A stretch of DNA of 59,085 nucleotides from an uncultured Devosia sp. (lineage in GTDB: Bacteria > Pseudomonadota > Alphaproteobacteria > Rhizobiales > Devosiaceae): contig CAYRZM010000318.1 in assembly GCA_964428685.1 (NCBI GenBank), positions 1 to 59,085 on the forward strand, written 5' to 3'. Below, piece after piece: positions 54,638 to 59,085 of the stretch (within the stretch, counting starts at the first letter, position 1; each line of letters opens with the position of its first letter). The notes under the pieces are model-generated. The model did no database searches. It was not told the DNA's origin and was given only the letters and a program-made list of their open reading frames with translations. Made by a program: the position numbers and the translations under genes.

Positions 54638-55648
54638 CTATTCGGGCGCCCGGCTGCTGCCGCGCCAGCGCACGCTCGTGGCGAGCGTCACCCGCTTCGG
54701 CAGCTCGCGACCGCCGGCCCGTTCGAGCAGGAGTTCGACGGCGCCCTCGCCGATCTCCTCAGCGGGAAGATGCACGGTGGTCAGCGGCGGCGTCATGAAT
54801 TGCGCCGCCGAGGTGTCGTTGAAGCTCGCGACGGCGACATCGCCGGGGATCGACAGGCCCATCTCGTGGATGGCGCGATAGGCGCCGATGGCCATGTTGT
54901 CGTTGGCGGTGACCAGGGCATCGGGCCGATCGGGCTCGGACAGGATCTGGCGGGTCAGCCGGTAGCCGCCCTCTTCGGTCTTGGTCGACGTCAGGCAGAT
55001 GCGCTCGTCGAACATGCCGGCCTCTTTCGCCCACTGCATGTAGGCCCGGCACCGCCGCTCCGGGACCTTGCTTTCGACGCCATCGTAGACGTCGACCCAT
55101 CCCGCGAAGGCGATCCGCCGGTAGCCCGCCCGCTGCAGGGCGTTCAGCAGCTTGTGGGTCGCGAGCATCAGGTCCGACTCGACGGAATCGCAGTCATCGA
55201 CGCTCGGCACGAAATCGGCGAAGACGAGATTGTTGCTGTGCCGCTTGAGCCAGGCAATCTCGTCGTCGTCGTGTCGCCCGATGGCGATCACGCCCGAGGC
55301 GCTTTGCAGAAGCGTTGCATCGGGCAGCCGGTCGGTGTGGTAGACGCGCATGGTCTCGATCTTGAGCACCTGGCAGCGGCTCTCGATCCCGAGGCGCAGC
55401 GCCACATAATACGGATCGATGAGCTCCTGCTCGGGCCGCAGGAAATGCACCAGCGCGACCTTGCTGAGGCCCTGCTGGTTGGCGCGGTTGCGCGCGCGCG
55501 GGCTCTCATAGTTCATCGCCTCGGCCGTTTCGATGATGGCCTGCCGGGTCTTGGCAGCGACCGAGAGCGTCTGGTCGAGGTTGAGCACGCGCGACACGGT
55601 GGCGGATGAGACGCCGACGACCCGAGCGATTTCCTTGATCGTAACCAC
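54638..55648 (-). CDS. LacI-family regulator (EbgR-like)
   Basis: TIKEIARVVGVSSATVSRVLN, ELIDPYY, ANDNMAIG, PPLTTV. Confidence 0.92.
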   Translation of the reverse strand: MVTIKEIARVVGVSSATVSRVLNLDQTLSVAAKTRQAIIETAEAMNYESPRARNRANQQGLSKVALVHFLRPEQELIDPYYVALRLGIESRCQVLKIETMRVYHTDRLPDATLLQSASGVIAIGRHDDDEIAWLKRHSNNLVFADFVPSVDDCDSVESDLMLATHKLLNALQRAGYRRIAFAGWVDVYDGVESKVPERRCRAYMQWAKEAGMFDERICLTSTKTEEGGYRLTRQILSEPDRPDALVTANDNMAIGAYRAIHEMGLSIPGDVAVASFNDTSAAQFMTPPLTTVHLPAEEIGEGAVELLLERAGGRELPKRVTLATSVRWRGSSRAPE

Positions 55649-55801
55649 GAGTGCCCCGTAGCGACTGGACGCCTTGCTTAGGCACAAGGCCCGACCAACG
55701 CAAGGATAAGAACAGCGATCGGCAGCAGCGCCTGAAGACGTCCGGGTCGTCGACCGCGCGCAAAACCGGTCGGCGACAGCGGTTGATTTCGGCCGCGACG
55801 A

Positions 55802-55818
55802 ATGTCATGTGATGATAC
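55802..55818. promoter_or_regulatory. Putative MarR operator (autoregulatory)
   Basis: ATGTCAT-GTG-ATGATAC; matches 56760-56776. Confidence 0.55.
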
Positions 55819-55843
55819 AAAATTCGAGAGACGTTCCCAAGAC

Positions 55844-56314
55844 ATGCAGCAAAGCACAGAAGCTTCTCCCGTTCGGTCACGACGCCGGCGGAGCGCCAAT
55901 TCGCTCTATGTCGGCCTCGCCGGCTTTCGGTCGGCGCTGCGCCGCTTCCTGACCTTCAGCGACGTCGCCCTCGGCTCGGTCGGCGTCACCTCGCAGCAAT
56001 ACCAGGCGATGCTGTGCCTGGCGGCCTCCACGCAGGGATCGCTGAGCATGAAGGAACTGGCCGAGGAGATGCTGGTGAAGCCGAACGGCGCGGTGCAGCT
56101 GGTCGATCGGCTCGAAGCATCCGGACTCGTGACGCGGACGCCCTCGGCGACGGACGGGCGCGGCGTATCCCTCTCGCTCACGGCGGAAGGGCGCGGCGTG
56201 ATCAAGGTTCTGGCGACGGAACATCGGTCGGAGCTCCTCAAGCACAGCGGCCTGCTGCTCGAGTCGCTCAAGCGCCTCGAGGACATGGGCGGCAGTGGCG
56301 CGTCCGGTGGCTGA
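55844..56314 (+). CDS. MarR-family regulator
   Basis: FRSALRRFL...QQYQAML...LVDRLEASGLV.R..S..DGR...LT.EG. Confidence 0.88.
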   Translation: MQQSTEASPVRSRRRRSANSLYVGLAGFRSALRRFLTFSDVALGSVGVTSQQYQAMLCLAASTQGSLSMKELAEEMLVKPNGAVQLVDRLEASGLVTRTPSATDGRGVSLSLTAEGRGVIKVLATEHRSELLKHSGLLLESLKRLEDMGGSGASGG

Positions 56315-56759
56315 CTCGGCGCTCTACTCCGTCCAGCGCTGCCTCGATCTGGAGACCCAGTCCTTCGACGCAGGTCGCAACGTGACCGCGCCGAGTGCCT
56401 TTCAGGCCGCGGTCAAGGAGTTTGGCAGTCCGGTCAGCATGCAGGGCCCGCCGTCCCAACTGATCGGTCGCGTCGTTGGTCTCGGCGCAGATTTCAAGCC
56501 GACGGTTCTCATGATCTACCGGGACATGGCCGCCAGGGCTTAGGCCTCTACATCGCCGAGCCTGCCGTCGCGTGCGACGACGTGCCGTGATGCATCGCCA
56601 TCACGCAGAACAGGTCCGAAAACATGCGAAGCCGGCGGTCCCATCGGGTGTGAGGGCTGACGGGACCGCCGATCTGAAGCCGCGGGACGAAAAGGGGCGC
56701 GAGGTCCGTCTCACCGGCCTTCGTCCCGCGGGTGGTTGTCCAAGAGGACGATTGCATAT

Positions 56760-56776
56760 ATGTCATGAGATGACAT
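56760..56776. promoter_or_regulatory. Putative MarR operator
   Basis: Perfect inverted repeat ATGTCAT-GAG-ATGACAT ~30 bp before the monooxygenase start. Confidence 0.6.
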
Positions 56777-56806
56777 TGTTGTCCAGACCTCTGCGGAGGA
56801 CCAGTG

Positions 56807-58045
56807 ATGGCCAAGAACGTTCTCGTCTCGGGTGCCGGGATCGCCGGCTGCTGCCTCGCCTGGTGGCTCGATCGGTATGGGTTCGAAGTCACGCTTGTCG
56901 AGCACGCGGCATCGCCGCGGGACGGCGGATATGTCATCGATTTCTGGGGCCTCGGTTTCGAGGTTGCGGAGCGCATGGGCGTGCTGGACAAGCTGCGGCC
57001 GCACGATCTCGATATTCATCAGTTCCTGATCGTGGATGGCAAAGGCCGGCGCGTCAGCGGCATCGATCAAAGTGCGCTCGGCAAACTCACCGGCGGCCGG
57101 ATCATGAGCCTGCCGCGGGCCACATTGGCGAAGACGCTGTTCGATGCCGCGAAAGAGCGCGTCGATGTCCGGTTCGGCGACAGCATCAAACAGATGACCG
57201 ATAGTTCGGCCGGCGTCGACGTGCAGTTCCGCAAGGGCGAGCCGGCGCATTTCGATCTCGTCATCGGCGCGGACGGCCTCCATTCGGCGGTGCGCAGCCT
57301 GATGTTCGGACAAGAGACGCAGTTCGAGACCTTCCTCGGCTACAACGTGGCGGCTTTCAGCACCACGGGTTACCCGCACCGAAGTCCGCATGCCTATGTG
57401 ACCTATGGTGAGCCCGGCCGGCAGATCTGGCGCATCACACGGGATGTGGACACGACGGTCTTCCTCCTGGTCTTCGCCAGCGCCGAGCCGGTGACGATTT
57501 CGGCGCGGGACATGGCGGGCCAGAAGCAGATGCTGGCGCGGCGGTATGCCGGTGGCGGCTGGGAAACCGGCGAGGTCCTCGCCGCCCTCGAAGGCGCCAC
57601 CGACCTCTACTTCGACCGCGTGAGCCAGATCAGCATGCCCCATTGGCACAAGGGACACGTTGCGCTGGCCGGCGATGCCTGCGCCTGCCCGAGCCTGCTG
57701 GCGGGAGAGGGCTCGGCGATGGCGATGGCCGAAGCCTATACGCTGGCGGGCGAGCTTCATGCGGCCGGTGGCGATCATCTCCAGGCGTTCCGCCGCTACG
57801 AAGAGCGGCTGCATCCCTACGCGGATCGCAAGCAGCGCGCCGCCCGGGGCTTCGCCTCGAGCTTCGTGCCGAAGACGATGGCCGGCCTCTGGCTGCGAAA
57901 CACCGCCATCGAGGCCGTGTCGCGGCTCGGACTGACCCGACTGCTGTTCGGCGCCCAGCTCAATGATCACCTGACGCTGGGCAACTACGGCGTCGGCAAG
58001 CCGGAGCGGCTCGGGCACGCCTCCCGAGCTACATCTTCTCCTTGA
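56807..58045 (+). CDS. FAD-dependent monooxygenase
   Basis: VSGAGIAG, GADGLHS.VR, GDACACPS.LAGEG. Confidence 0.9.
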   Translation: MAKNVLVSGAGIAGCCLAWWLDRYGFEVTLVEHAASPRDGGYVIDFWGLGFEVAERMGVLDKLRPHDLDIHQFLIVDGKGRRVSGIDQSALGKLTGGRIMSLPRATLAKTLFDAAKERVDVRFGDSIKQMTDSSAGVDVQFRKGEPAHFDLVIGADGLHSAVRSLMFGQETQFETFLGYNVAAFSTTGYPHRSPHAYVTYGEPGRQIWRITRDVDTTVFLLVFASAEPVTISARDMAGQKQMLARRYAGGGWETGEVLAALEGATDLYFDRVSQISMPHWHKGHVALAGDACACPSLLAGEGSAMAMAEAYTLAGELHAAGGDHLQAFRRYEERLHPYADRKQRAARGFASSFVPKTMAGLWLRNTAIEAVSRLGLTRLLFGAQLNDHLTLGNYGVGKPERLGHASRATSSP

Positions 58046-58712
58046 TGCCGGCTCGGATCAGCCACCAGTTCACCGGATAGCTCGTCGCCAGGCCGCAGAG
58101 CATGGCGATCTGCATCATGAACCAGAATTCCGGTCGGTCCGGAGTCAGTCGCGTCTCGAGCCAACCGCGGAAGATCGCGAACTGGGCGAAGGCCATGAAC
58201 GCATACATTCCGATTTGCCACGCCGCGAGCGAGAGAACATCCGCCTTCGCCGCCTGGACGACGCCATCCCGAAAGGAAAGCTGACGCATCGGCGCGATGG
58301 CGAAGTATTGGAACGCGATCCCAATGAGAAAGGCGAGCACGAAGTCCAGAACCCACGCGGCGAAGATCCGGTCAGGGAAAATCCACCCCAGACCGAACAC
58401 GACCGCGAGCGCGGGGAACACAGCCAGAAGCGTCTCGGCGGCGATGTCGCCCAGGGTGCAGCCGCTGCCGCAATGCAGTGTTCCCTTGAAGACGGTGATC
58501 GGGAACGGCTGCTTGGGGCCGTCTTCGCGTCCCCAAGCGAGATAGGCCCAGACCATCACGCCGGGACCGAACACGCCGCATATCGGCCAGACGGCATTCA
58601 TGACCGCCATTTTCTGCGGATTGCGAACGACGTCCCTGCCGATCCAAGCTGCGGATGCCAGCCCGGCGAGAAGCGAAATCCAAGACAAGACTGTCAGCCA
58701 GACCGGGACCAT
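58029..58712 (-). CDS. DUF4396-like membrane protein
   Basis: HCGSGCTLGDI, FWFMMQIAM, SYPVNWWLI..GIKEKM. Confidence 0.8.
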   Translation of the reverse strand: MVPVWLTVLSWISLLAGLASAAWIGRDVVRNPQKMAVMNAVWPICGVFGPGVMVWAYLAWGREDGPKQPFPITVFKGTLHCGSGCTLGDIAAETLLAVFPALAVVFGLGWIFPDRIFAAWVLDFVLAFLIGIAFQYFAIAPMRQLSFRDGVVQAAKADVLSLAAWQIGMYAFMAFAQFAIFRGWLETRLTPDRPEFWFMMQIAMLCGLATSYPVNWWLIRAGIKEKM

Positions 58713-58950
58713 GTGAGCGCAACGAGGCCAGCCTAGTCGAGTTCCGACGTCTCATCGCCATCGGGCTTCCGGCGCGGAAAATCCGGGTGCCGTGCCGGGC
58801 CGGTCGTCACGAAGCGTCCCGGTGCTGGCTGGCTGACTGGTGCCTGGACCCCGACCATGTGACGGCCGGTTCGTCGTCCACATCCCGGGCGATCAGGCGG
58901 GCGGCTGGATCTGCGTCGCGAACTTTCCCTCCCATTCCACCGTTCCACGA

Positions 58951-59085
58951 TCAGCCGGGGAGGGCATAGGCGGTGAGGTAATCGCCGACGGGCGTCTTCA
59001 TGAAGTGGTGGCCGCCTGCGAACATGGCGATGACCTGGTGGCCGTCGATCGAATAGGTCATCGGGTTGGCCTGGCCGCCGGCGGG
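58951..59085 (-). CDS. C-terminus of a PQQ-dependent glucose/quinate dehydrogenase (partial)
   Basis: Manual translation PAGGQANPMTYSIDGHQVIAMFAGGHHFMKTPVGDYLTAYALPG*. Confidence 0.85.
   Translation of the reverse strand, partial: PAGGQANPMTYSIDGHQVIAMFAGGHHFMKTPVGDYLTAYALPG

Noticed and set aside
56295-56543. 82-aa ORF after marR
   Set aside because: No motif or RBS support

Overview
High-GC alphaproteobacterial (Hyphomicrobiales/Devosia-like, inferred) chromosome. 1-3960 is core: GNAT, peptidase E-like, rpmA, rplU, MBL hydrolase, gamma-glutamylcyclotransferase, tRNA-Ser(CGA). A ~43 kb composite island at the tRNA 3' end (3946-46921) has four copies of the tRNA 3' end and three P4-like integrases (one with a nonsense codon). 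It holds a 12 kb satellite-like element (HEPN-like genes, SieB-like, HNH, AlpA, DNA methyltransferase, hairpin-rich intergenic DNA), a Ser/Thr kinase, a doubled TIR-caspase (type IV Thoeris-like) cluster, a YcaO-TfuA RiPP cluster whose 49-aa candidate precursor is missing from the ORF track, a small tyrosine recombinase, a sulfur-scavenging block (tauABCD) and an int-alpA-HTH-terS backbone. A recurring 24-bp 7-10-7 site (consensus GTCCGCT-N10-AGCGGAC) marks cargo boundaries and flanks the small recombinase, suggesting a cassette-type recombination system. After the island: SDR, GH2 sugar-utilisation locus, MarR/FAD monooxygenase, DUF4396-like gene and the end of a PQQ dehydrogenase. Family calls come from motif recognition by eye; no searches were run.
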